Origin: the human T2T-CHM13v2.0 reference genome, Homo sapiens
Assembly: GCF_009914755.1 (NCBI RefSeq)
Contig: NC_060930.1
DNA length: 64,000 nt
Reading direction: 5' to 3' (one strand)
The stretch's first letter is position 1, and every line of letters begins with the position of its first letter. The notes under the pieces are model-generated. The model was given only the letters and a program-made list of their open reading frames with translations. It was not told where the DNA came from and made no database searches. Both the position numbers and the translations under genes were made by a program. Shown piece by piece: positions 40,311 to 53,539 of this stretch.

Positions 40311-41854
40311 AGAAATAATTTTAAAATTTATGAACCAATTTCAGGATATCAGATCACAGAAGTTATTAGAAAATGCTTTGTAAAAATTAAAATACCACAA
40401 AATGGTATATCCTGATATTTCAGCAGTAGGGGTATGTCTCTGAAATCTTTACTTTGGACTTTGTAATCCCATTGGCTACAGAAACAGGGATTTTAATAAA
40501 TATTAAGTTTCAAAAAACAAAGCTAATCACCGACATCTATGGGCAAGTGACCATGAAAAGGAAATAGAGCAGGAACCAGACACCCTGGCAGTCAAAATGG
40601 AAGGTGTCCCATAACACTGGTACAAGGACACTGGTGGCAAGGGACTAGGTGTTTTCTTATTGGAATGGGGGAGAAGAACATATTTTATAATAATACTAAA
40701 TGAGATTTTTCCCCTAGAATTCTTCTGCTTTTAGTCTTTCATATTTGCATGAAACTGGAACCTTGATTAGCAGTCAATTGAAAAATAGGACATTAAAACA
40801 AAACAATATTGTTTAAAAATAAATAAATAAATAAATAAGTTCTGGGCATAGGAGTGCCTCATGGAAAAGATCAGTTAGACAATGGTCAAGTATAATTAGG
40901 GGTCAAGCATATTTAAGCAGATAATCAATTCCAAGAAATGGATAGGAGCCTGAAGTATACAGGATACAAAGATCACATTGTGAAACAGTGGTTAATATTC
41001 AAATTCTGTGTTTACAATGGATAAGAAAAGCAGAAGTCACAGAATTAAAACAGAATGAAGTGGAAACATATGTACTTTTAGGACATATCTCCAAATTATA
41101 GGTGAAAATATTCATTTATGGAACAGTATCTAATTTTAATTTTGTAAAGTAATAACTTTGCTTTCTTGGATCCCATTAAATTATGCCAAATAACTGAAAT
41201 TATTTACTCTATAGTATTATGTAGTTTTTTGTCCCCAAAAATATCAAAGTGTATTTAATTTCTGTAAGAATTATTATTGGATTAAAACTCATCTTTCTTG
41301 CCATACTGGACATTCAGTGTAGGTAGGGGAATTATCTATTTTTTTTTCTTATAACACAGTGCATGGAAAACAGACAAAAAAGTTCAATATTTGCTAAATA
41401 AATGAAATATATACATAAAAAACCTAAATGCATATATACAAATTGCCAAACTAAATGGTATTAATATGGTGATTTTACTAGAAACTCTTATTTTCTATAT
41501 ATTTCATTATGAAGAAATGTTAATATGCATGTCTATCTCTGTTATAGTAAACTAATTTATTAATCAAAAATAATTATTCTAACCTGTATATTGTTAACCT
41601 ATAAGGGGAAAAAAAGCCTACCTGTGATGAAGATTACATGTTGTTTAAACACAGAAGTCTCATTAAAAAATATAACAGTTTGAAATAATAATGTCAGAGG
41701 GAAATTACGTTAGTTTGCTTTAGAGTTTTCATTTAAATTTCTAGGATGTTTACCATTAAATAGTGAAGTTACTTAAAGTAAAATTAAAAGATGAGCTGAT
41801 GTTTGTTTATGTGTTTTATTTATGCAAATGAAGATTTAAAGCTGTAAGATCAAG

Positions 41855-43810
41855 AAGTAAACTCATCCATAATCAAGTGGGATTTATTCCTGAGATGCAA
41901 GGATGGTTCAAATATGCAAATCAATTAATGTGGTACACCACATTAATTGGATGAAGGACAAAATACATAATCATCTAAATAGATGAAGAATAAGCATTTG
42001 ACACAATTCAACATCCTTTCATGATAAAAACTCAACAGATTAAGTATAAAAGGAATGTACCTCAACACAATAAAAGCTATATATAACAAGCCTATAGCTA
42101 ATATCATACTCAACCACAATTCTAGTTTCCACTTCCATGAGCTTGACTTCTTTAGATTCCACATATGGGTAAGATCATATGGAGTTTATCTTTTTGTGCC
42201 TGGCTATTTCACTTAGCATAATGTTCTCCATATTCATCCATGTTTCTGCAAACAGGATTGCCCATTTACATTGGGTTGCTTGTTTTCTTGTTATTGAAAT
42301 GTTTGAGTTCCTTATATACAGTCGTGTTGCTTAATGAGGGGTATATGTTCTGAGAAATGTGTGCTTAGGTGGTTTTTGCCATTGTACCAACATCATAGAG
42401 TGCTTATGCAAACCTAGATGGTATAGCCTACTACACACCTAGGCTATATGGTACAGCCTATTGTTCCTAGGCTACAAACCTGGCAAGCATTTTACTGCAC
42501 TCTATGCTGTACGCAATTATAACACAATGGTAAGTATTTGTGTATCTAAATATATCTAAACATAGAAAAGGTAATGTGTTGCACTTTGATGTTAGGACAG
42601 CTATGATGTCAATAGGTGACAGGACTTTTTAAGCTTCACTATAATTTTATAGGATCACCATTGTATATGGAGTCTGTCATTGATGGACATGTCATTATGT
42701 GGCACATAACTACATATTGTATATTAACCCTTTATCAGACATATTGTTTGCAAATATTTTCTCCCATTCTGTGGGTTGTCTCTTCACTGTGCTAATTATT
42801 TCATTTACTGTGAAGAAGTTTTCCAGTCTGATGCAATCTCATTTGTTTATTTTTGTTTTTGTTGCCTGTGCTTTCGGGATCAGATTAAAAATATATATTG
42901 CCCAAGCCAGTGTCATGCAGCTTCTTCCCTGCGTTTTCTTATACTAGTTTTACAGTTGCAAGTCTTATATTTAAGGCATTAACCCATGTTGAGTTGATTT
43001 TTGTATATGGTATGAGATTAAAAATCCAATTTTATCCTTCTGCATGTAGATATTCCGTTTTCTAGAATCATTTATTGAAGAAACTGTCTTTCCTCTGTTG
43101 TGCGTTCTTGGCAACTTTATTGAAAATCTATTGTCTATAAGTGCATTAGTTTATTTCTGGACTCCATCCTGTTCCATTGGTAAATGTGTCTATTTTTATG
43201 CCAATATCATGTCGTTTTGATTACTATAGCTTTGTAGTATATTTTCATATGGTAGTTTATTTCATAGATAATATGATGCCACTAAGTTTGTTCCTTTTAC
43301 CCAAGATTGCTTTGGCTATTAGGGATCTTTTATTGTTTCATATAACTCAAATAAAAATAGACAAAGGACTTATGTACACGCTTTCCCAAAGAAAATATAC
43401 AAATGACCAATTAGCACAGGAAAAGATGCTCAATGTCACAAGTCAGGCAATGAAAATCAAAACTACAGTATCACCATATTCATTAGGATGGCTTCTATAA
43501 AAATAGAAAATAATGAGCATTGGTGAGAATGTAGAGGAATTGGAACATTTGTGCACAGGTGGTAGGAATGTAAATGGTGCAGTCACTGTGAAAAACAATA
43601 TGGCAGTTCCTCAAAAAATTACAAATAGAATTAACTTGTGAACCAGCAATTCTGATTATTTATTCAAAAGAATTGAAATCAGGATCTGAAAGAGATAGCT
43701 GTACTCCCATGCTCATTTCAGCACTATTCACAATAGAAAGATACAGAAACAATTTAAATGTCCATTGACAGATCAATGGGAAAAGGACATGTGGTATACA
43801 ATGGAATATT
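41855..43810. mobile_element. Rearranged L1MA-like copy in four segments of mixed orientation (+,-,-,+)
   Basis: RT region on + 41855-42112; ORF2 end/3'UTR on - 42113-42258; ORF2 on - 42259-43343; ORF2 C-terminus on + 43344-43810. Confidence 0.75.
42319..42712. mobile_element. Tigger3/MER7-type DNA transposon inserted at TA in L1
   Basis: TA|CAGTC start; AAACCTAGATGGTATAGCCTACTACAC core, in opposite orientation to the 5105 copy; L1 is continuous across it. Confidence 0.85.
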
Positions 43811-44918
43811 TGAGTTGTTATATTTTTCTTATCTTTGAGTTTTAGGAGATTACTATATATTCTGGATATTGACCCCTTATCAGAAATATGATTTGCAGAT
43901 ATGTTTTCCCAATCTGTGGGTTGCCTTTCTACTCTCTTAGGCTTTTTAATCTATTTTATTCTTAGAGTTTTGTTATTTTAGGTTTTGCATTTAGGCCTTT
44001 GATGTTACATTTAGCTCTTCGAGGTTTGTGTGTGTGTGTGTGTTTGTGTCTATTGTATTAGGTAGGAGTACATCTTCATTCTTTTGCATGTTAATATCCA
44101 GTTCCAAGCACCATTTGTTGAAAAGTCTTTTCTTTTCCAATTGAATGGTCTTGAAACCCTTGTCAGAAAACATTTGACCATGTGTGTGAGAATTTATTTT
44201 TAGGATCTCTATTTTATTCCAATGGCCTATATGTCTGTCTTTATGCCGGTGCCACATTGTTTTTGTTACTGTCACTTTGTAACAAAATTTGAAATCAGGA
44301 AGTATGAGTCCTCTAGCTTTATTCTTCCTTTTCTATTGACCATCTATTTTGACCATCCAGAGTCCCTTGACATATGAATTTTTGGATATGATTTTCTATT
44401 TATGAAAAGACATCATTGGGATTTTGATATGGATTGCAGTGAGTCCGTAGGTTGCTTTGAGTAATATTGACATCTTAACACTATTAATGCTTCTAGTCCA
44501 AGATCATGGGCTATGTTTCCATTTATTTATGTCGTAATTTTTTTTAACAGTGTTCCATAGTTGTCATTATGCAAGTTTTTTACCTCTTTGGTTAAATTGA
44601 TTTCTAAACATCTTATTCATTTTCATGCTACTGTAAATTAAATTGCTTTTGTAATTTCCTTTACAGATGGTTCATTGTCAATGTATTAGAATGCAACTGA
44701 TTTGGGTGTGCTATTTCTGTGTACTTTAAAATTTCTTGTGTGCCTAATTTCTTCCATTACCGTCTTCATTTGTGTTTTATTGGTTTTTTGCAGTGAAATG
44801 TTTTTAATTTTTTCTAATTTCCTTTTGTGTATATTCCACAAATATTTTCTTTGTGGTTATAATAGGGATTACATTTAATATCCTAAAGTTGTAACATTCT
44901 GAATTAACTTATACCAGC

Positions 44919-47303
44919 TGATATGGCTTGGCTCTGTATCCCAACCCAAATATGTCAAATTATAATCCCCACGTGTCAGGGGAGGGGCCTCCTGGGAAGT
45001 GATTGGATCATGGCGGTGGATTTCTCCCTTGCTGTTCTCATGACAGTGAGTGAATTCTCATGATATCTGATGGCTTAAAAGTGTGTGACACTTCTCCTTT
45101 TGCGCTCTCTTGCTCTCTCTCTCTCTTATGCTGCCATTAGAACTTGCTTGCTTCCCCTTTGCCTTTTGCCATAATTGCAAGTTTCCTGAGGCCTCCGGGT
45201 TATGCATCCTGTTAAGCCTGGAGAACTGTGAGTTAATTGAAACCTCTTTTCTTAATAAATTACCCAGTCTCAGGTAATTCTTTGTAGCAGTGTAAGAACA
45301 AACTAATATAGAAAATTGGTACCAGAGGTGTGTGGGGCATTGCCATAAAGATACCTGAAAATGTGGAAGCGATTTTGGAACTGGGTAATGAGCAAGGTTG
45401 GAAAAATTTGAAGGGATCAGAAGAAGACAGGAAGATGTGGGAAACTTTCAGACTTCCTAGAGACTTGCTGAATGGTGTTGACCAAAATGCTATGGTGATA
45501 TAGACAATAAAGTCCAGGTTGTGGTGGTCTGAGATAGAGATGAATAACTTATTGGGAACTGGAGTAAAGGTCACTCTTGCAATTCTTTAGCAAAGAGACT
45601 GGAGGCATTTTGCCCCAACCTAGAGATCTGTGAAACTTTAAACTTGAGAGAGATGATTTAGGGTATCTAGCAGAAGAATCTCTAAGCAGCAAACCATTCA
45701 AGAGGTGACCTTACTGTTTCTAAATGTGTATGATCATATATGTGAACAAAGAGATTAGCTGAAGCTGGAACTTATATTTAAAAGGGGAAGCACAGCATAA
45801 AAGTTTAGAAAATTTGTAGCCTGGATATGTGGTAGAAAAGAAAAACCCATTTTCTGGGGAGAAATTCAAGCCTGCTACAGAAATTTGCATAAGTAGAGAA
45901 GCCGAATGTTAATAGCCAAGACAGTGGAAAAAATGTCTCCATGGCATTTCAGAGACCTTCACAGCAGTCCCTCCTATCATGGGCCTAGGAGGGAAAAAGG
46001 GTTTCATGGACCAGGCCCCAGGTCCTGCTGCTCTGTGTAGCCTTGGTATACTCTGTGTAGCCCTGTATCCCAGCCACCCAGCTCCAGCTGTGGCTAAAAG
46101 GGGCCAAGCTACAGCTCAGGCTGTTGCTTCAGGGGGTGCAAGCCCAAAATCTTGGAGGCTTCCACTTGGTGTTGGGCTTGTAGGTGCACAGAAGGCAAGA
46201 GTTGAGGTTTGGGAACCCCCACCTAGATTTCAGAAGATGTAGGAAAATGCCTGGATGTCCAGGAAGAAGGGTGATAAAGGGGAGGAGCACTCATGGAGAT
46301 CCTCTACTAGGGCAATGCAGAGGGGAAATGTGGGGTTGGATCCCCCACACAGAGTCCCCACTGGGGCACTGCCTAGTGGAGCTGTGAGAAGATGGCCACT
46401 GTTCTCCAGACCCCAGAAAGGTAGATCCACCAATAGCTTGCACCATGTGCCCAGAAAAGCCACAGGCACTCAACGCCAGCCTGTGAAAGCAGCCACAGGG
46501 GTGTACCCTGCAGATCCACAGTAGCAGAGCTTCCCAAGGCCTTGGGAGCCCACTCTGCATCAGCAAGCCCTGGATGTGAGACATAGAATCAAAGCAGACT
46601 TGGAGCTTCAAGTTTTAATGAGGATCCTGCTGAGTTTTGGACTTGCATGGGGCCTGTAGTACTTTTGTTTTGTCTAATTTTTCTTCTTTGGAATGAGAGC
46701 ATTTACCCAATTCGTGTACCCCCGTTGTATCCTTTGAAGTAACTAACTTGTTTTTTAATTATTTTTACAGGCTCATAGGCAGAAGGGACTTGCCTTGTCT
46801 CAAATGAGACTTTGGGCTTGGACTTTTGGGTTAATGCTGAATGAGTTAAGACTTTGGGGGACTATTCAGAAGGCATGATTGGTTTCAAAATGTGAGAAGG
46901 ACAAGATTTGAGAGTGGCCAGTGGCAGAATAATATGGTTTGGCTTTGTTTCCCCAACCAAATCTCATGTTGAATTGTAATCCCCATGTGTCAAAGAAGCT
47001 GCCTGGTGGGAGGTAATTGGATAATGACAATGGACTTCCCCCTTGCTGTTCTCATGGTAGTGAGTGGGTTCTCATGCGATCTGGTTGCTTAAAAGTGTGT
47101 GGCACTTCCCACCTTCATAGTTCCTCTCTACTGCCACCATTAGAAGGTGCTTTCTTTACCTTTGCCTTCTGCCATGGTTGTATGTTTCCTGAGGCCTCTC
47201 AGTCATGCTTCCTTTTAAAATGTGAGTCAATTAAATCTCTTTTCTTCATAAATTACCCAGGCTCACTTAGTTCTTTATAGCTGGGTGAGAACACATGAAT
47301 ACA
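44919..47303 (+). mobile_element. Complete MSTA-like MaLR element: LTRs 44919-45310 and 46930-47303 plus internal region
   Basis: TGATATGGCTTGG...ACTAATATA; internal start GAAAATTGGTACCAG; ORF remnants HRVPTGALPSGAVRR; second LTR ends GAATACA. Confidence 0.92.
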
Positions 47304-49204
47304 GCAACCTAACTTAAATAGTACACAAAAAGTCTGCTTCTTTCTAGATCTTTCCCCACCAGTTTGGGTTGTTGATTGTCACAAGATTAGATCTTCATAC
47401 ATTGCATGTCAAAACACATAAACTAATAATAATTTTAGATACACTATCTCTTAAATATTTAAAAAGAAAGTTAAAAACCAAAATAGTGATACTACTGGCT
47501 TTTAGACAAATAATTGCTTTTTAAAAAAATGCATTAGTCTCTGAAATCATGTAGAAAACAAGAAGTGTCATTATAAAATAGTGTTACAGTAATACTAGAT
47601 TCTATAACTGCCCAAGTATATACCTTTTTTGAGACCTTTATTTCTTCATATGTCTTCAAGTTACTCTCTAGAGTTCTTTTGTTTCACCTTGCAAAACTCC
47701 CTTGAGTATTTTTTGCAGGGAAGTTGAAGTGGTAACAAATTTCCTCAGCTTTTGATTATCTGGGATTATCAATTTATCCCTCATTTTCAAAGGATCGTTT
47801 TGCTTTATATAAGATTCTCAGTTGTCAGTTTTTTCTTTCAGTACTTTGAAAAAGTTGTCCCACTGCCTTCTGGCTTCCAAAGTTTCTTATAAGAAATCTA
47901 CTAATTATCGTATTAAATATCCCTTGTATGAGACAAGATGCTTCTCTCTTGCTGTTTTCAAAATTCCCTCTATGGCCTATGCTTTCAAAAGTTTGATTAC
48001 AATGTATCTCAGTGTGAGTCTCTTACAGTTCATTCACCTGAAGTTTTTTGAGCTTCTTGGATGTTTAATCCAAGGTAAGAGTTTCGTGTCTTTCATCAAA
48101 TTTGGAAAGTTTTTTCTATTACTTCAGATATTCTCTCTGCACCTTTTTCTCTCTTTTCCTTGTATTTCTTTTAGATGCTGTTCACTTTTCTTCAATCTTT
48201 TTTCTTTCTATTTCTCATACTTAATAATTTATATTATTCTATCTTCAAGTTCACTGATTCTTTCTTCTGCCTGCCCAAATCTGCCTTTAAATCTCTCTAG
48301 CAACTTTTTTGTTTCAGTTATTGTACTTTTTAGCTTTCTAGTTTTAATTTTTTATGTTTTTAATATTTTTGTTAATGTTTCCATTTTGTTTATATATCAT
48401 TTCTTGTCTTTACATTTCTTTTATGTTATTTGAGCATCTTTAATATAGTTACCTTAAAGTCTTTGTCTAATATATCTACCAATAGAATTTTTTTGTAATT
48501 TTTTGTTGAAACCTGGATTTTTGTAATGTAGTAACTCTTGAGACTTTTCCCCTTACTCCAAATTTTCTGGGTTTGGTTACTTTTGTTATTGCTGTAGCCT
48601 GTCTCTATGATAAGGATTAGCCTGATGTGTAAACTTAAGCTCTTCTCTGGTCTTTTCTAAGTCTTTACTTAGGCCTGTGGCATAACTTTCTAATTTTTAT
48701 CGTATATGCAGTTGTTTTTCGAATGTCCTAGTCTTATTGTCTGACTTCCAAAGGGGAAAAAAGAAAAGGAAAGAAAAAAGAAGGATTCTGACTCTTTAAA
48801 TCCCCTGGAAGCCACTTTAGCCAGAGCAGGAAGGATTTGCAACAGTGGGTGGAAATACAACGATGATCGCCTTCCTCTTTGTCTGCATCTCTGTCATTAG
48901 AATCAGAAATAAGTGATCAGAGCACAGACCAACGATATTTGGAGGATAGGCTCCTTTCTGCCCTCACTAGCTCCTGCAGTCTGTTTACAAACTAATCCAG
49001 GAACACATGTACAGCTGCCTGCTATGTGGCTGAAGAGTGAAGGAGGGTTAGCTACGACTGTGTTAAATGCTAAACTTGATAAAGTTAATCACAATTTATT
49101 GCCCAACTCTTCCCCTGGAAGTTGCAAAACTTCAATGAACTGTAAAGTTCCAAAACAGTTACATTAGACTAATTCTGTAGGTGGAATTTTTGTCTAGGTT
49201 GGGA

Positions 49205-50222
49205 TGTTACAGTAGATAGCTAGTCAGTCATGAGCAAGGCAGGAGAGGGCTGCCCCCACCACAATATGGTTTGTCTGTGTCCCCACCCAGATCTCTTCTT
49301 GAATTGTAGCTCCCATAATCCCCATGTGTCATGAAAGAGACCCAGTGGAAGGTAATTGAATCATGGGGACAGGTTTTCTCTATGCTGGTCTTGTGATAGT
49401 GAATAAGTCTCATGAGATCTCATGGTTTTATAAGGGTAGTTCCCCAGCACACACTATCTTGCCTGCCACCATATAAGATGTGCCTTTTCTCCTCTTTCAT
49501 GTTCCACCATGATTGTGAGGCCTCCCCAGCCATACAGAACTGTGATTCCATTAAATCTCTTTGTCTTTATAAATTACCCTATCTCAGGTATTTCTTCATA
49601 GCAGTATGAAAATAGACTAATACACCCCCACACCAGGAATGTCGGGTGACCATCAGGTGATGGTTTAGTGGTTGTTAACTGTCTCTCTAAAATAATATTG
49701 GTCACAGCCAGTGCCAGGGAAAGGCAGCCTCCCAACAGACAGAAAAAAACTGAAACTGGTGATCAGCAGTTTCCCAATAAGATCTCAGGAGTTGGATGAG
49801 TGGGTTTAAACATGCACATTAAGAGCCAAAATGGTGGAGTAGTTTAACTGGTATATGACCTTCTAGAGACATTTGACTGGTAATGGAAGAAGCCTCAAGT
49901 GAGCATGTATACAACTCCAGTAAACATACTAAGCATGCTCCCCTCCCAATTGCTAAAAGGCCACTGTGCATGTGGATAGCCCACCCCAAGGAAAAATTAG
50001 GGGAGAAAACATATAAAACCCTAAGTCAAAGGTTAAACAGGACATTAACCTCTCCAGTCCCCCATTTGGCCTTCTTCCAAGTATACTTTACTTCCTCTAA
50101 TTCCTGCTCTAAAACTTGCCTCAGTCTCTCCTTCTGCCTTATGCCCCTCAATCAAAGTCTTTCTTCTCAGAAGGCAAGAATCGAGGTTGCTGCAGACCTG
50201 TATGGATTTGCTGCCAGTAACA
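49205..50222 (+). mobile_element. MER50 (ERV1) solo LTR interrupted by a THE1 LTR
   Basis: TGTTACAGTAG...CCAGGAATGTCGGGTGACCATCAGGTGATGG...TAACA; perfect 4-bp TSD GGGA at 49201-49204 and 50223-50226. Confidence 0.88.
49262..49624 (+). mobile_element. THE1 solo LTR nested in MER50
   Basis: ATATGGTTTGTCTGTGTCCCCACCCAGATCTC...GTGAGGCCTCCCCAGCC...AGACTAATACA. Confidence 0.92.
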
Positions 50223-50990
50223 GGGAGACAAATTTTTGAAGCTTCCTATTTCTCCATCTTCCAGAACTTGAATTTTAAAATTAAAGCAATTACATACAAG
50301 TGCTGATATTACTATGAATATATATTATTATTTATTTTATAACCAGATGATATAGTTTAACAACATTTTCCATGGAAACCAAAGAATAAAATTGCACTTT
50401 ATTTCTTCTTACTGTGTTTGTCTTTATTTGTTTACTCATTTTTTTTTCAATTCTCTGCGCAACTTTTTTTTCTGACTACCTCCCACTGCCCTCTGTCCCT
50501 TGGTCTTTTGTGGACTCACTGCTTTCTGGTCCCACTTTATCACTGATATCTTAGGACCTCTTTCTACTTTTGTTCTTAGGTTTGGATAAGCCATTTTTTC
50601 TACTCTGCTTTATTATGACTAATTTCCACATTTGCTGAAGCACCTTCCCAGAAGAGAGCAAGGAGTACATATTCTGAATTTTTCACTATAAAAGTGAACT
50701 ACAGAAGTAAGGAAAAGTTTTATTGCCACTATGTAAGGAGGCAGATTAGTGCTTTATCAGAAAGCTACATGGCTTTCTGGGGAGTAGGAAGTATTTGTAA
50801 ACTGGAAAGAAAACATCTAAGTGCGGGAGAAGAATCCAGTGGGAGAGAAAATGAACTTACTGAAGACCTTTTCATGTCAGAAGATTGCTTTTCTGGCTAC
50901 AGTTACATAAATATTGCAATAAACTTACTCCACATGCCCCCCGACCCCCACACGACCACACTATGAATTTACTTACCATTACTCGTATTA

Positions 50991-51115
50991 CTTCACCTTG
51001 GCCACTAATACCTCAAGTGGAGTGTTTGAATACAACATAGGACTATAGCTTAGGAATACCTAGGAATACAGTATATTCACACACTCCACTTGAGGTATTA
51101 GTGGGTAAAGTGAAG
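50991..51115. repeat. Inverted repeat: 42-bp arms (38/42 matches, 24-bp perfect core) with a 41-bp spacer
   Basis: 50991-51032 compared with the reverse complement of 51074-51115. Confidence 0.95.
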
Positions 51116-52039
51116 ATACCACTTAGGTTTCTGATAAAGCAAAGATCTAATGTAAGTTAAGTAAAATGTTGGCCCTGTTTTCTGGTACTTTAAGCCAAGG
51201 CCTCCTATGACTTAATGAGGAACAAACGTTTATCTATATGCTATTACCACCTCCAGAGTTCATCTAGACATGCTCTCCCCAGCTTTACCAATGTCCTATC
51301 TCAATCTATTTTTCCTTCCTTCCGTCAACATTCTTGTCCTGTGTTTCAGTTTTCCATGGCTGGTGGTCAGCTTTTCAAAATAAAAACTGTTAATTTTTGT
51401 AATTAATTTCACTGAGGAAGTAGCCACTTAAAGTTCCACTTCTACCAGTATATTGACACTTTGTCAGGGGTTTTCAGAAATCACACATCCTACACAAAAG
51501 GGATACATTGCTAATGATAACAAAGAAGACATTGTTATACACTGGCAGTAAAAAATATTATAGCTGATCTGAAAATAATTTCCAAGCACCTAGGACTTGG
51601 GTTGGAAGAATTTCTCAGCTGTTACTTGAAAATTATATCATATATTAACTAATACTTACATATAAGCCTGGCCTTGACTCAAGTAGCTGCAAGTGAACAT
51701 TGCTAATCCATGTCTTACTTTGTTATTACACTTGCTCTCCACCCACTATGTTTAAAACAACAACCACAACAATGACAATATAAATTAAAGGAGACAATAG
51801 AACTAAAGACCTTTAATAGAAGCACCATATGCCAATAAAGACACTGAATACTAAGAGCCATACTTTGGATGACATTGTGAACCACTTGTGTGTACTTTGT
51901 GAAACATTATACTTGAGAAACAGTGAATTATAATTAATATGTTGACTTTGAATTTCAAATTGTAATTTAGACTACTGATAGTAGGAGCCTTAGGTGAAAT
52001 TGAATTTGGATGTCAATTCAAAGTAGTTTTTAAAAAGCA

Positions 52040-52370
52040 TATTTATTGGGACCTCAGAGCTACACACATTTCTGGCCTGGGAATTGAGGAAGGTGGAGGT
52101 GGAAACTGAGGTAGAGTTGGAGGAACTGTGGGCCCAACTGCTGCCCTGCACCTATAAAATGAGCCAGCATATCAGTAGTATTTTGTGTGAGCTGCAGCAG
52201 CCGAGGTACCTTGTAAAGACCCTCAAAGTATGATGACAGCTGGTTTATTTCTGTTTGTATGTTACATATCTTGCATTAATATTTCTTGTGGCCAACCCTA
52301 ACTAGAAATTATAAAAGAAAGGGGAGTGTAGTTGCAGCTTAGCTAAGCTGAAACAGTACAAAAACCTCCA
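52040..52370. mobile_element. Old ERVL-type LTR fragment (LTR33-like)
   Basis: GGCCAACCCTAACTAGAAA...TGTAGTTGCAGCTTAGCTAAGCTGAAACAGTACAAAA resembles recalled LTR33 ends. Confidence 0.5.
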
Positions 52371-52722
52371 TAATTGGTAATAATGAAAGTTTGCAAAATT
52401 GCACAAGATGTACATTGTCCCCTATTTATGCAGTTGCTATACTGAGCAGTAGCTGAGTAATTAAAATCTTACCATCACAGGTGTCATTATTAGAACCCTA
52501 GTGGTGCTCTCAGATGTGAAGTGAAGCATGGTACTTTACTGCACAGCATCCTGTGAATTCCTGTACCTTATCAGCAGCTAGCGATTCTTTTGATGGCACA
52601 GGAATAAAATTATACATTTTATAGCTATAAAATGAATAATACACCCATATCTATAAAAGCTAGTAAGTCCTCCCTCCTTCTCCCCAGTCCTTCTCTACTG
52701 CATTTGTGTGCTCATGTGTGTT

Positions 52723-52754
52723 CGTGCACACGCGCATGTGCGCGCGCGTGCGAG

Positions 52755-52782
<28 letters not shown>
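52723..52782. repeat. Mixed (CG)/(TG)/(CA) alternating purine-pyrimidine tract
   Basis: CGTGCACACGCGCATGTGCGCGCGCGTGCGAG(CA)n. Confidence 0.92.
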
Positions 52783-52785
<3 letters not shown>

Positions 52786-53539
52786 CACATAGCCTGAGGT
52801 AACACTGTAAATTACCTCAATATTAAGGAGAAAAATTGTTCTGGTTGAGTGTATTTAAGAAAAGTACTGAGAATGTGCAGAGATGACACATGTGCAAATA
52901 AAATAAAAGGAACTTGGTTTTGATCTAATGGTTTCATTGATTTTTCCTAAGCAGGACTGTAATTACCTGCACAGGAGCTTAAAATAATATGGGCAGTAAG
53001 TTTCAGGAGTTATCTTCTTAGATGAATAAGTTATTTGTATTCTATATGGAAATTAGCTTGTGTTTTTTGACTTTATGCATGAGGCTTGGACCCCCTGGGG
53101 TACTGTGGGGACCAGGCACAGCTGATTTTTTTTCATCTGCAAAGCAGAATCCTGACAGCCACAGATGTGAGCTGCCCCAGCTTTAGGTGTGAAAGCTGCT
53201 TTGTGAAGCCAGAATTCAGGCAATTAAGCAAGTCCTCCTCCTGGTAAGCTGGTAGTTAGCCAGGGCACTGGCAATGCTACCCAGACTGCTCCAGGCAGAG
53301 GGCTTGGTGAGTGGAACACCTGAAGCTGCTTACTAGAAAAGAACAAAGATTCAAAAACTACAATGTTATGGACCTCTGTTTTAAAATTATTTTAGCCTTT
53401 AACTCTGCATTCTACAGACACATTCAAATAAAATATAAAGAACCCAACAGGATCATTAGTAATTATGCATGACTCCTTAGAGTTGCTAAGCATATTTATT
53501 ATGCATTGCATATGATATGTTAGATATTAATAATGTATT

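Larger units (their letters stand above)
43811..50280 (-). mobile_element. Long decayed L1M (ORF2, inter-ORF, ORF1, 5' region) hosting MSTA and MER50
   Basis: Minus ORF 43991..44275 (KTMWHRHKDRHIGHWNKIE...LFNKWC) is ORF2-like. CCCACTGCCTTCTGGCTTCC and CTCTTGCTGTTTTCAAAATT are antisense ORF1 motifs. Confidence 0.8.

Noticed and set aside
47822-48433. 203-aa hydrophobic ORF resembling a membrane protein
   Set aside because: It is the T-rich antisense strand of L1 ORF1; the Phe/Leu/Ser bias is compositional.
53080-53353. Strong minus-strand acceptor (TCTTTGTTCTTTTCTAG) before a GC-richer block
   Set aside because: No convincing paired donor or reading frame, so it cannot be distinguished from a pseudo-site.
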